From a virus, in the IMG/VR virus record IMGVR_UViG_3300026256_000121, positions 1 through 64,000 of that record: a stretch of 64,000 nucleotides of DNA; one strand, given 5' to 3'. The notes beneath the pieces are model-generated. The model made no database searches, was not told where the DNA came from, and saw only the letters and a list, made by a program, of their open reading frames with translations. This document shows positions 29,271 through 38,657 of this stretch, one piece after another (position 1 is the stretch's first letter; each line of letters begins with the position of its first letter). Made by a program: the position numbers and the translations under genes.

Positions 29271-30801
29271 TTTCAAGTTCCTCCAACTTGCTTTCTTGTA
29301 ACTCGGGTTCATTATCAGAATCATCTTCAGTACTGTTAATGTCATCACCTTCATAAAAAAGATTCTTATAAAATGTACTTGAGTTAATAGTCTTTTTACC
29401 CGTTGCACCTCTAGTACCAATAATAGATAACCAAAATCGATTATATTCTTCTATTACTGCATTTGCTTCATCTTTGTTACTAGTTGCAAATATTGCCTCA
29501 ACGACATCTTTGAAATAAGTCCTATCAAATTTTTCTTCAACTAACATTTTAGGAATTACACCATTGTCATATTGTCTATTTGCTTCTTGTACAGCATTAA
29601 TATGATGCCAAACGTTATGCCCCATTTGAATTGCATAACTAAATGAATCCCAACTAGTTTTTCCTTCTTTACCTATCTTATTTAGGTCCCCGGGCTTATA
29701 ATAACATATATCTGAAACTTTTAATCCGTCCGTTATAGGAGAATCTTCAAAGTTTTTAAATATACCATCTTGTAATACTGCATCTTTAAATAAACGAGAA
29801 TCTGTAGCATATTTCTTATCATCAACACTCGGCACCATTCGATACACCCATTTAGATCTATCTTCTGTTTCTGTTTGAATATAAACTTGTCCATTTGCAG
29901 TTGCTAAGAAAGGACTTGCACAATCAAATGTAACTGTAAAGTTTGGATTATGATATTTACGAACTGCTCGTTGTACGTCAGTTAGTAAGGCCGCCCATTC
30001 AAGTTTAGATGTACCTAAGAAGTGCATGAAGTCATGTTTACCTGTTTCTAATAGTCCATCAAAACGTAATGCTACAAGTCTTTTTAATACTAGGTGTATG
30101 TCACACATATTTTGACCACCCATCGACCAACCTTTAAAATGATCGCTATATTTTTTAGGATCACAATAGTCTTTCATTTGCTGATACCAATCTTCTGCAT
30201 CAGCATGGTTTTCGCCTTGTAAAACATTTAAGAATTTACAATTACCATTTTGTTCTTTCATAAAGTAATCGTTATTAATGCGTGTAGCATTAACGGCATC
30301 TTGATAATTGTCAATTCCTGTTGCTTTTGCTCCTGCTGGAGAACGTGATACCCAAGCTGGAATATCTAAAATCATTCCATAGTCCATATACTCATCCATC
30401 CAAGCAAGAACTTGTTCACGTTTCTTTTTAGCTTTAGGACAGTTAGGATCTTTCCAATCGCCTTCCCAAACACCTTTACCAATTTGGAAACCACCTGAGT
30501 CACCAAGTAGCCAACTATTATCACGATCCCTATTACGAATCATATCTTCTTTAGGTGAATGTTTGTTTATATCTAATTCGGCATGACCTGCACTATATAA
30601 ACTCCAATGATAGTTGAATAAACCCTTTTGTGGATTTAACCAATTCATACTCTCTACATCATTTGGAAAGTTAGAAGGGATTCTAGTTTTATCAACATAC
30701 TCCCCGTGGCGTTGTTTTCCTATATAGGTTGCGAAAAAGCCACTTAATGCTGGAAGAAAAACTGCATAATCTTTTTGTGCTTTTGTTAGATCTTTGTTCA
30801 T
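29215..30801 (-). CDS. Large TGT/DpdA-like base-exchange transglycosylase
   Basis: DSGGFQ, MILDIP, VLQG, SMGG, HFLG, TFDCASP, GHN; no CxCxxC Zn motif seen. Confidence 0.8.
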   Translation of the reverse strand: MNKDLTKAQKDYAVFLPALSGFFATYIGKQRHGEYVDKTRIPSNFPNDVESMNWLNPQKGLFNYHWSLYSAGHAELDINKHSPKEDMIRNRDRDNSWLLGDSGGFQIGKGVWEGDWKDPNCPKAKKKREQVLAWMDEYMDYGMILDIPAWVSRSPAGAKATGIDNYQDAVNATRINNDYFMKEQNGNCKFLNVLQGENHADAEDWYQQMKDYCDPKKYSDHFKGWSMGGQNMCDIHLVLKRLVALRFDGLLETGKHDFMHFLGTSKLEWAALLTDVQRAVRKYHNPNFTVTFDCASPFLATANGQVYIQTETEDRSKWVYRMVPSVDDKKYATDSRLFKDAVLQDGIFKNFEDSPITDGLKVSDICYYKPGDLNKIGKEGKTSWDSFSYAIQMGHNVWHHINAVQEANRQYDNGVIPKMLVEEKFDRTYFKDVVEAIFATSNKDEANAVIEEYNRFWLSIIGTRGATGKKTINSSTFYKNLFYEGDDINSTEDDSDNEPELQESKLEELENEQEQGTEEIRERTPLST

Positions 30802-30809
30802 ATTAACCC

Positions 30810-31544
30810 CTATTTAGATTGTGCTGGCAAAATATAATCGTATTCAGCTAATCCAGAATCAACTGTAATTTGCATAGCACCTTGATCGGAAATTTTCATT
30901 ATTTGCTTTCCGTCGAGACTTAGGATTGCTTGTACTTGTGCTACAGGCCAACTCCAAGAATGTTTTAATTCAGTTTCAATGCCTGTATGTTGAAATACAA
31001 AGTCACCTGAATGAGTTGAATGATCACCAAAGTAAAATACTAAAGTCTTGTCTACAGTTTTTACTGTGAAAACAGTTTCTTCAGCATGTGCGGCACTTTG
31101 TAGTTTCATTCTATTAATCGATGCCATAGTTGGTTCAAACTCAACTTCCCATGTTGCACCTTTAAACTTTACAGATTTAAGTTTCTCATTAATAATTTCG
31201 CTATTCATAAAACGATAATCGTTTTTGAAATCACCTGCTTCATTTTCAAAGTGTATATGTGTTGGAATTGTAACACCGTTTCTATCTGCTTTCTCCACAG
31301 ATAGTTTTGCATTTTTTTGATATTCTGGATTCTTTAAATGCAAAGCTAACTTATCTAAGTTAGGCATACCAAATGTTTCGTTAAATTCAGTAACTGGTGC
31401 TTTAGTTTTAGATGAAAGAATTACTGATCGATCTTCAGCCATACTTTCAATTGTTGTTGATGTTGCATCACCTGTAACTTTAATTAGATTTAAAAAACCT
31501 AACGAATGTGTATGTGCAACAATGTCTTGTAAGATATCTTTCAT
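30810..31544 (-). CDS. Putative sliding clamp (gp45/PCNA-like)
   Basis: 244 aa, alpha/beta repeat pattern ending YDYILPA; located near PolB. Confidence 0.55.
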   Translation of the reverse strand: MKDILQDIVAHTHSLGFLNLIKVTGDATSTTIESMAEDRSVILSSKTKAPVTEFNETFGMPNLDKLALHLKNPEYQKNAKLSVEKADRNGVTIPTHIHFENEAGDFKNDYRFMNSEIINEKLKSVKFKGATWEVEFEPTMASINRMKLQSAAHAEETVFTVKTVDKTLVFYFGDHSTHSGDFVFQHTGIETELKHSWSWPVAQVQAILSLDGKQIMKISDQGAMQITVDSGLAEYDYILPAQSK

Positions 31545-31569
31545 AAATTCATTTCTCCATTTAAATTAT

Positions 31570-31598
31570 ATTATACTTAAAAATTATTAAAAAGTCAA
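31570..31598 (-). promoter_or_regulatory. Sigma70-type promoter
   Basis: TTGACT-N17-TATAAT. Confidence 0.8.
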
Positions 31599-32332
31599 GC
31601 ATTATTTGCCATGTTTAACTCATCAAAGTACTCAAAAATATTAATACTAGGTTTCCAACCTATTTCTATTAATTTACTAATGTCGGCTTGATTATCAAGT
31701 CGTTCATGTTTATCACCAATTTTTTCTTTAGGAGTTAATCCTATATGATTAGTAATGTCTTTTATTGGATAGGATTGTCCTGTGCCTAGGTCAAATACCC
31801 CAGTTAATGGATGAGTCATTAGCAACATAAGTGCATCACAAACGTCTGTAACATGAATAAAATCTCTTTTGTGGTTGCTATTGATAAATTGTATATCTTT
31901 TCTTAAGAGCTTTGGAATAAACATATCTGGTCGAGGTTCCTGGTCTCCATTGTATATAGTCGTAAAACGTAGGCCTAATGCATGATCTGGGGCAATGCCT
32001 TCAATAGTTTTTTTTGATAATGCATAAGGATTCCTCCAAGGTTCTTTAGCAGTACTAGAACTTGCGTAGATAATTCGAGTATTTGGAAATGCTTCAAATA
32101 ATCTATGTGATGCCATTACGTTGTGTTCGAAGTATTCTTTAGGGTTATCTATACTTTTTCTAACTCCACTTTTACCAGCTAGATGAAATATAACATCAAC
32201 ATCATAATCTAAATTACAGTTTCGTAGATCTTGACCATCTAGTAAATCAATAGTTTTTACATCATGATTAAATAAATGGTTTTGTAATTCTTGTCCGACC
32301 ATTCCCGAACTTCCTGTTATTAATATTCTCAT
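31595..32332 (-). CDS. NAD-dependent nucleotide-sugar epimerase/dehydratase
   Basis: ITGSSGMVG, FHLAG, YASSS, YALSK, RDFIHV.D. Confidence 0.9.
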   Translation of the reverse strand: MRILITGSSGMVGQELQNHLFNHDVKTIDLLDGQDLRNCNLDYDVDVIFHLAGKSGVRKSIDNPKEYFEHNVMASHRLFEAFPNTRIIYASSSTAKEPWRNPYALSKKTIEGIAPDHALGLRFTTIYNGDQEPRPDMFIPKLLRKDIQFINSNHKRDFIHVTDVCDALMLLMTHPLTGVFDLGTGQSYPIKDITNHIGLTPKEKIGDKHERLDNQADISKLIEIGWKPSINIFEYFDELNMANNA

Positions 32333-32754
32333 ACTTTACCAATCATTCGTTCTTGGAACCGTTCTCTTAAACCACTACTAGAAAATCTATGATTGCGTTG
32401 ATTATAATGATGTTCTATTCCTAAACGTTCACCTGTTGCTTTACCACTAAAGTCTTTGCCTTCATATTCTACACCTAATATTCGTACATTAATATTATTG
32501 TAAAGTTCTAATATATCGTCAATATCTTTTTCTCGTACATACGGAATAATTTCATCAACATACTTTACACCCTTTAATTGAGTATACCTTTCAACTACAG
32601 TTTGAATTGGTTTATTTTTTCCTGGTCTCTCCATTGAAGGATCTATTTGTAACCCGCATATAAGATAATCACATTGATCTTTTGCTTCACGTAACATAGC
32701 AATATGACCAGCATGTAATAAATCAAATGTAGAAAAAGTTATACCTACTTTCAT
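32329..32754 (-). CDS. Cytidylyltransferase (TagD-like)
   Basis: FDLLHAGH, KYVDEI, RFSSS. Confidence 0.9.
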   Translation of the reverse strand: MKVGITFSTFDLLHAGHIAMLREAKDQCDYLICGLQIDPSMERPGKNKPIQTVVERYTQLKGVKYVDEIIPYVREKDIDDILELYNNINVRILGVEYEGKDFSGKATGERLGIEHHYNQRNHRFSSSGLRERFQERMIGKV

Positions 32755-33281
32755 TTTTTAATTCCAAAGTGCTTATATGTTTGTTGTACGCATTTAGCTT
32801 GATAGTAACAATCTGCTAAGGCGTTGTGTGCGTCGCTCTGTATTGCTTTACGAGGGTCTTTAGGCATCATTGCAAACAATGTACGACTATCGCGAATTTG
32901 CCAAAAGTTCCAAGGAATAGGAATTTGTAAATTCTTATATAGATTTTCTAAGATAGCATAATCAAATAGTGGACCTTGGCACCACAAATAATCTAAGCCT
33001 ACACACCATTTATTTAGGCTTTTAGTTAATTCTTTTAAGCCAACTCTATCTCCGTCACCAAGAGCTTCTTCACGTATGCTTTCGTCTTGTTTGCCCCACC
33101 AATCTAAAGTGCTTTGGTCGATAGTACGACCTATCTCTGTTTGATCGTCTACATTAACACGTAAGTATAGACCATCGGATGGTTCGACATTAGTGTAAGG
33201 ATCAAACTTAATTGCTCCTAAAGTTAGTATTACTGTATCAGGACTAGTACCTAATGTTTCTAAATCTATCATTCCATGCAT
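32751..33281 (-). CDS. DEDDh 3'-5' exonuclease (DexA-like)
   Basis: MIDLETL, FDYAIL, RDSRT, HNALAD. Confidence 0.88.
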   Translation of the reverse strand: MHGMIDLETLGTSPDTVILTLGAIKFDPYTNVEPSDGLYLRVNVDDQTEIGRTIDQSTLDWWGKQDESIREEALGDGDRVGLKELTKSLNKWCVGLDYLWCQGPLFDYAILENLYKNLQIPIPWNFWQIRDSRTLFAMMPKDPRKAIQSDAHNALADCYYQAKCVQQTYKHFGIKK

Positions 33282-35956
33282 TATTCATTACCTCCAAAGT
33301 CAAATAGCGAACCAAATGTGTTATTTTGTAATGTACTTTGGATATCCCAATCAAGTACTCCGATTAAGTTGCTTAGTTTGTTATCTATAATAGTTGATTC
33401 CATAGCATCGTTGTCAAATGGAAGTTCTTTAAACCAATCAGGTAATCGTAATTCGTCTGTTGGATATGCAACACTTGTATACCCTAATGGATTTTGTTTT
33501 AATTTACAAACAATAACTTTCATACCATCTACAATTTCCTGACTATACTTGTCTCCGTTCATGCGTTTTAACGTATTCCAATTAATACTTGCTCGAACGT
33601 GTCCGGGCATATTTGCTTTACCTTCTTTTTCTTCTTTACGTCTATAATCTCCAATTTTATTTGCACGTTTCGGAGAACCTTTTTCATATCCAGGACGTAA
33701 TTTAAATTCTGTTCTAAATTCTGTAATACGTTTTAATACTTCAGCTTCTGTTTGATTAGTTAATACCATAAGCAATAGTTCACTTAAGAAGTTTTGCATA
33801 AACTCAGGTGTATCAGAACGTTTTAAGTCTAAACCCATTGCTTTTACTTTACCAGGCTTGTCATTTGTATCTTTACGTTCACCTTCTTCATCGTAAATTA
33901 GTGCCGCATATCTTTTCTTAGTAATATATAATCCACTTTCTGCAACAATTTCTCTACCTGCGGCAATAACATCTGCACGAGTTTTCGGACAATGAAAAGC
34001 CTTGCTCATAAATTCTATAAAGGTTTTATTAACTTCACCTGCTACTTGGTCGTATAATTTAATAACACTTTCTTTATCCCAAGGTATATCTTTGTTTTCT
34101 ATTTCTTTTTTCAAAACAGGAAACGCAGAAAAGTATACAGAATCTGTATCACCATAAATTACTGCATCACCAACGTGATCGTATTCGCCTGTGATTACTT
34201 TATTACATTCAGCACTCATATGTTTTGCAATTTGCCTACCAGTAAGTGTAGTTGATTGACCAATACGTTTGTCAAAGAATCTACAACCAGGATTTAGTAT
34301 TGCACCATATAAACTATTTAGGTTAATCTTCTTAACAAGTTGTCGTTTATCCCAGAATGCTATTTCTATTTTATTACCAGCTTCAATGGCTTTCCCCTTC
34401 ATTGCTTGTAATTCTTTACGTTCTGCATACCAACGTTTTAGCAATCCAGGAATAACACCGTCAAATTCAGTTGTTAAAATAGTTCCATTAGCAGATAACA
34501 TCCACGGATTTCGCGAATTAAAAATAACATTATATACTTCGGCCGCACTCATTAGTTGTTCGTCACCATTTTCCCAATCAACAGTAATATCAACATCTTT
34601 GCGTTGCTCCATTACAGCATCATACTCTAGTGTACCAAATCGTCCTTCCCAAGCACCTGCAAACGATTTTTTCTGTAGTGTCATTGCTTCTTCAACCATT
34701 GCATCTGTATCAGATGGTCTTAGTTGTCCTACTATAGTTGCAGGATCCATATTCAATGCTCTAATAACAGATGGATATAGTGAATTTAAGTCCATTGAAC
34801 CAATCCACTTATGTAAACCTTTCTTAGGAAATGCAACATAGGCACCAGCGGCTGGTTCACTACCTGGTTCACGTTTAATTCTATTAGGAACTTGTAGACC
34901 TCTGCCATGAGCTTCGTTAATAATTGCTTGTTCTGTAACTGCAACGGCACCCATTGTAGTCTGTAGCAAAACAGTATTTGCGTGTGCTAGTTCATTTGAT
35001 AAATCAATAAACTTTAGTTTTTGGTCCAGCTTGTCCAGTAATGCAACATCTTGTCTGTTGTATTCAATGAATGTCTTGAAGTCATTGTTATAAAGTTGAT
35101 CGAGCGTACCTTCGTAAACAGTTTTTTGCTCACCGATCTCAGTTTCGCCAATAGCATCAAGTCTGTATGTGTGTCTTTCTTCATACGTATATTTACGATA
35201 TAATTCTAAACTATCTAAATGTACTCTACCTATTAAGTCATAGGTTTCAGCTTTTTTACCGTATTTTTCGTATTCACGTTTCTTAGGCAATTGTCCCCAA
35301 AGACAAAAACGTCTTGTATCATCTTTGCTTAATACTCTGCTTACTCTATTAACTGTATATGGAATATCATATCCTTCGCTATTCCAACCAGTAAGAATAT
35401 CAGCATCTTCGATTAAGTCAAGAAATGTTTTTAACATATCTCCTTCTTTTTCGAATAAATGTGTATTAGGGAATTCCTTTGTTTGTTCTTTAGCTTCTTC
35501 CATTGTAAGTGTTTTCGGAGGAACTGCTAAAGTAACAAGAGTATTCATCCATTGTAGATGTACACTAATTGCAGTTATAGGCATAAACGGCTCACTAGGA
35601 TCAGCAAAGCCACGTTCAGGATCAAAATCTGTTTCAATATCAAAAAATGCTACATTAAGTTTCGGAGCATCAACGTTAAGATAGTTTTCGCTTAAACATT
35701 GAAAGATAGGATTAATATCACTTTCAAATAATTGTTTTGTATTGTTAATTGCAAGTTCTTTACGGAAGTCTTTAGTAGACTTTGAAACAATTCTATTTAA
35801 AGGATCACCATAAATGCTTTTATACTTGCCACGTGGGTCTTTGTAAAAGAATGTATACTTAATAGGGTATTCAGTAAAATGCCTTTTACCTTCTTTGCGT
35901 TCTACAACACGAAGAATATCTGCATTTCTATCAAATAGAGCATCAACGTAACTCAT
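33281..35956 (-). CDS. Family B DNA polymerase (gp43-like)
   Basis: FFDIETD, GWNSEGYD, DLNSLYPS, KINLNSLYG, YGDTDS, KKRY. Confidence 0.97.
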   Translation of the reverse strand: MSYVDALFDRNADILRVVERKEGKRHFTEYPIKYTFFYKDPRGKYKSIYGDPLNRIVSKSTKDFRKELAINNTKQLFESDINPIFQCLSENYLNVDAPKLNVAFFDIETDFDPERGFADPSEPFMPITAISVHLQWMNTLVTLAVPPKTLTMEEAKEQTKEFPNTHLFEKEGDMLKTFLDLIEDADILTGWNSEGYDIPYTVNRVSRVLSKDDTRRFCLWGQLPKKREYEKYGKKAETYDLIGRVHLDSLELYRKYTYEERHTYRLDAIGETEIGEQKTVYEGTLDQLYNNDFKTFIEYNRQDVALLDKLDQKLKFIDLSNELAHANTVLLQTTMGAVAVTEQAIINEAHGRGLQVPNRIKREPGSEPAAGAYVAFPKKGLHKWIGSMDLNSLYPSVIRALNMDPATIVGQLRPSDTDAMVEEAMTLQKKSFAGAWEGRFGTLEYDAVMEQRKDVDITVDWENGDEQLMSAAEVYNVIFNSRNPWMLSANGTILTTEFDGVIPGLLKRWYAERKELQAMKGKAIEAGNKIEIAFWDKRQLVKKINLNSLYGAILNPGCRFFDKRIGQSTTLTGRQIAKHMSAECNKVITGEYDHVGDAVIYGDTDSVYFSAFPVLKKEIENKDIPWDKESVIKLYDQVAGEVNKTFIEFMSKAFHCPKTRADVIAAGREIVAESGLYITKKRYAALIYDEEGERKDTNDKPGKVKAMGLDLKRSDTPEFMQNFLSELLLMVLTNQTEAEVLKRITEFRTEFKLRPGYEKGSPKRANKIGDYRRKEEKEGKANMPGHVRASINWNTLKRMNGDKYSQEIVDGMKVIVCKLKQNPLGYTSVAYPTDELRLPDWFKELPFDNDAMESTIIDNKLSNLIGVLDWDIQSTLQNNTFGSLFDFGGNE

Positions 35957-35967
35957 TTAATACTCCT

Positions 35968-36288
35968 TTATCTACGTAGGCCCTTAGGACCGTGCCAAAA
36001 ATAATCATTATCACTTGTTGCCTTATCATCTATCCATAAATCGTAATGTGGTTTGCATGTTTTTACAGAAGTAAACTTTACTCCCCAGCCTTTTAATTGT
36101 TCTTTAGTAAACTCTATCCAATCTATTCCAGACTTTGCACCCCTGGCTGTCCAGTAATGTATTTCATCGCCTTTATCAAATAGTTCATTTAAATACTCTA
36201 TTCTAGCTTGTTTAGGTTTACTTTCTTTATATTTGTTACCATCAGTATAACATATTGTACCGTCTATGTCTACCATATAGATTGTCAT
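35968..36288 (-). CDS. HAD-superfamily phosphatase (start revised)
   Basis: VDIDGT, WTARG, KP..WIDDK. Confidence 0.85.
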   Translation of the reverse strand: MTIYMVDIDGTICYTDGNKYKESKPKQARIEYLNELFDKGDEIHYWTARGAKSGIDWIEFTKEQLKGWGVKFTSVKTCKPHYDLWIDDKATSDNDYFWHGPKGLRR

Positions 36289-36563
36289 AAAAATAATTTC
36301 CAAAGTGCTATAGCATTCATAAGAGTAAACCATGAACACAATATAATAACAAATGCCGCTCGTCTAATGACTGCACTTATAATACCAAAAATTGATCCAA
36401 TAAAGTACATTGGTATAAAAATCTTGGTTGCTGGATCTAGTACAGTAAATGTAAGAATTGCACTTGCACTAATTAATAAACTTGCCTCAATCATTTCACA
36501 ATAAAATGCTGTAGGACTTAATCTATAAGATTCTTTAAAAAAGTTTTGTATTCGAAATATCAC
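36285..36563 (-). CDS. Small membrane protein
   Basis: Three hydrophobic segments. Confidence 0.6.
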   Translation of the reverse strand: MIFRIQNFFKESYRLSPTAFYCEMIEASLLISASAILTFTVLDPATKIFIPMYFIGSIFGIISAVIRRAAFVIILCSWFTLMNAIALWKLFL

Positions 36564-36823
36564 AGTTTGTCTTTGCCAACCGTAGCAACTAAAGTTTCTA
36601 AGTCGTCAAATGCATCAGCAGTCGCTAACCAATCTCCTTTATGAGCAATTTTAATTGCTTTAGTAATAAGAGATGGTTTCATATCTAATTCTTCTGCTAC
36701 TGCTTTGACAGTATCTTTTAGTCCGGCATTAAGATCTTCAATTTCTTGTAGAACTGTTGCGCCTTCATTTACTAGTCTTGTTAATTTGTCTTTCTCTTCG
36801 GGGCCGTATGTGCGGTCACTCAT
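36560..36823 (-). CDS. DsbA/GapR-like dsDNA-binding protein
   Basis: Helical KL..LV.E..IEDL..LKD..AEEL..K..K.AHK pattern; GGAGG SD. Confidence 0.55.
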   Translation of the reverse strand: MSDRTYGPEEKDKLTRLVNEGATVLQEIEDLNAGLKDTVKAVAEELDMKPSLITKAIKIAHKGDWLATADAFDDLETLVATVGKDKL

Positions 36824-36847
36824 GTTTTACCTCCAGGTTATTAGTAT

Positions 36848-36876
36848 ATTATACTTGTTTTCTTGTCTAATGTCAA
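36848..36876 (-). promoter_or_regulatory. Sigma70-type promoter
   Basis: TTGACA-N17-TATAAT. Confidence 0.85.
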
Positions 36877-37445
36877 GTGTTTTCTGCAATTTTTTTTGGA
36901 TTAGCTTTCTCTAATTTATATGCAATATTTCCAGCTATACAAATTCTATTATGATCGCATTCGTGTTTTGGTACAGAATGTGATATTGGTCCAGGAAAAA
37001 TTATAACTAATCCTGTATTTGGTTTGATGGCTTTTCCTGCTCCTGGAAATACCAATGGAGCACATTTTGGACAAGCATCAACATAATATACGAAACCCCA
37101 TTGTGCTGGCCAATGAGCATGAGGGTTAGTATAGTCGCCTGTTTTATAATTAACACCCCAGCAATCAACACAATAAAGTTTTGTTGTGTCTTTTGGTGCA
37201 GACGGTGTGTCGCTTAGTTTTAAAGTTTCAATTACCCAATCAATTATAGGAATAAAGTCTTTATTTGAAAACATGTCCCACGATGTCATGTTCGCTTGAA
37301 CATTTGTTCTTCTGTACTGTTTATCGCCTTCTTGTTTAATAAGTTGGGTGAGATGTTCTTTCACTTCTGTTGCTTTTGAGTATACATTAGTATACACATC
37401 AAATTGTTCAGTAAATGATAGTTGTTCTATTCTAAAATCTTGCAT
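36873..37445 (-). CDS. 2OG-Fe(II) oxygenase (TIGR02466-like)
   Basis: W..Y..GD..PHAH..VYYV..IFP..HSV..RICIAGN. Confidence 0.8.
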   Translation of the reverse strand: MQDFRIEQLSFTEQFDVYTNVYSKATEVKEHLTQLIKQEGDKQYRRTNVQANMTSWDMFSNKDFIPIIDWVIETLKLSDTPSAPKDTTKLYCVDCWGVNYKTGDYTNPHAHWPAQWGFVYYVDACPKCAPLVFPGAGKAIKPNTGLVIIFPGPISHSVPKHECDHNRICIAGNIAYKLEKANPKKIAENT

Positions 37446-37490
37446 AACAATACTTATGTACTGCTAAGGTTCTTAGATATGCCTTCCGGC

Positions 37491-38255
37491 TTATTGCCCG
37501 GCGTTAGCTTGTTTCATTAATAGTTTAAATTTAGAAAATAATTGAGGATCTTGCATCATCTTTTGAATGCTTTGTGTATAAGGTGCTATTGCTTTTATTA
37601 AATTAGGAGGTAATGTACTTCCTGAGGCAACTTTATCCATTCCTTTAGCAACCATACCGCCACTTGCTGAACCGCCAGCTACACTTTTTAGTGCTGTGGC
37701 TCTTTGTGCAACTTTTTGTGTTGCTTTTTGGTCTGGTTTTCCTGCTGGTTGTCCTGGTGGAATTTCTTGTGCTGGTGTTTGTGCTTGTTGTTGTTTAAAA
37801 CCTTGTGCCGCCTGTTGTGCTACACCTTTAACTTTATCAACACCTTGTCCAACTGCCGCGCCTGCCTGTTGTGCAATTGCTCCAACTCCGCCTGCGGCGT
37901 CAACAGCTTGTCCAACGGCTTTGGCTCCTTGAGCAATTCCACGTCCAGCCGCTTTGGCTCCTTGACCAGCCGCCTTAGCTCCTGCTTTAGCTCCTTTAAC
38001 AGCTAACTTACCAGCCGCCTTAGCTCCTGCTTTAGCTCCTTTAACAGCTAACTTGCCTCCAGCCTTTGCCGCTTTGGCTCCTACTTTACCAACACCTTTT
38101 GCTACTGCTCCTGCACCCTTCGCCGCCATTCTTCCTATGCCAGCAAGTGCAGGTAATATTTCATTTATTTCTTCGTCAGACATACCTTCAGTAATATAAC
38201 CATACTTCTTCCCAAAATTGATTAGAGCATCTCTTTCAAATTGATGAAATCTCAT
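37491..38255 (-). CDS. Ala/Gly/Lys-rich putative capsid-internal protein
   Basis: MRFHQFE N-terminus; low-complexity amphipathic repeats. Confidence 0.6.
   Translation of the reverse strand: MRFHQFERDALINFGKKYGYITEGMSDEEINEILPALAGIGRMAAKGAGAVAKGVGKVGAKAAKAGGKLAVKGAKAGAKAAGKLAVKGAKAGAKAAGQGAKAAGRGIAQGAKAVGQAVDAAGGVGAIAQQAGAAVGQGVDKVKGVAQQAAQGFKQQQAQTPAQEIPPGQPAGKPDQKATQKVAQRATALKSVAGGSASGGMVAKGMDKVASGSTLPPNLIKAIAPYTQSIQKMMQDPQLFSKFKLLMKQANAGQ
37965..38054. repeat. Perfect 45-bp tandem duplication (x2) within the CDS
   Basis: accagccgccttagctcctgctttagctcctttaacagctaactt twice; encodes KLAVKGAKAGAKAAG. Confidence 0.95.
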
Positions 38256-38366
38256 TTACTTTTTCCAGAATTTAAATTTAGTAAGAAGTTCTTGCAAGTC
38301 TTCAAATTTTTCGTTTATATACCAACCTGCTACGAATCCTATAATAAAGCCAATTGTTAAAAACAT
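38256..38366 (-). CDS. 36-aa single-TM peptide (not in track)
   Basis: MFLTIGFIIGFVAGWYINEK..FWKK; GGAGG SD; fills the gap exactly. Confidence 0.65.
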   Translation of the reverse strand: MFLTIGFIIGFVAGWYINEKFEDLQELLTKFKFWKK

Positions 38367-38657
38367 CTAGCCCTCCAGCTTTTTAAGTTGTTTTTGTAAT
38401 ATTAGTATTTGTTTTTTTAATAATGCGTTTTGTTTTTCTAAATCAACTTCTTTTGTCTTATCATCTTTAGGCTCTGCGGCTTTGCCAGTCCAGCCTGCTT
38501 TTGTTGGTCCTGCTATATCAGTACCAGTAGCTGGTTCTACAGTCATATCTCTTCCAGAGGCTTTACCGAGGCCTTTATTAAATTTATCAAACCCAGCTCC
38601 TGCACCTTTTTTAAAAGCGTCCCAGCCCGGTCCTTCAATAAGATCTCTAATTTTCAT
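38367..38657 (-). CDS. Putative capsid-internal protein
   Basis: MKIRDLIE N-terminus. Confidence 0.55.
   Translation of the reverse strand: MKIRDLIEGPGWDAFKKGAGAGFDKFNKGLGKASGRDMTVEPATGTDIAGPTKAGWTGKAAEPKDDKTKEVDLEKQNALLKKQILILQKQLKKLEG

Noticed and set aside
29271-29420. N-terminal extension of the 115-aa ORF overlapping the TGT-like gene
   Set aside because: A better start with GGAG SD exists at 29270; no compositional sign of extended dual coding
37464-37490. Small hairpins after the 254-aa gene as a terminator
   Set aside because: Stems of only 3-5 bp and no U-tract
37696-38006. Cys-rich plus-strand ORFs (78 and 100 aa)
   Set aside because: Antisense shadows of the Ala/Gln/Lys repeats of the minus-strand gene; no SD or promoter
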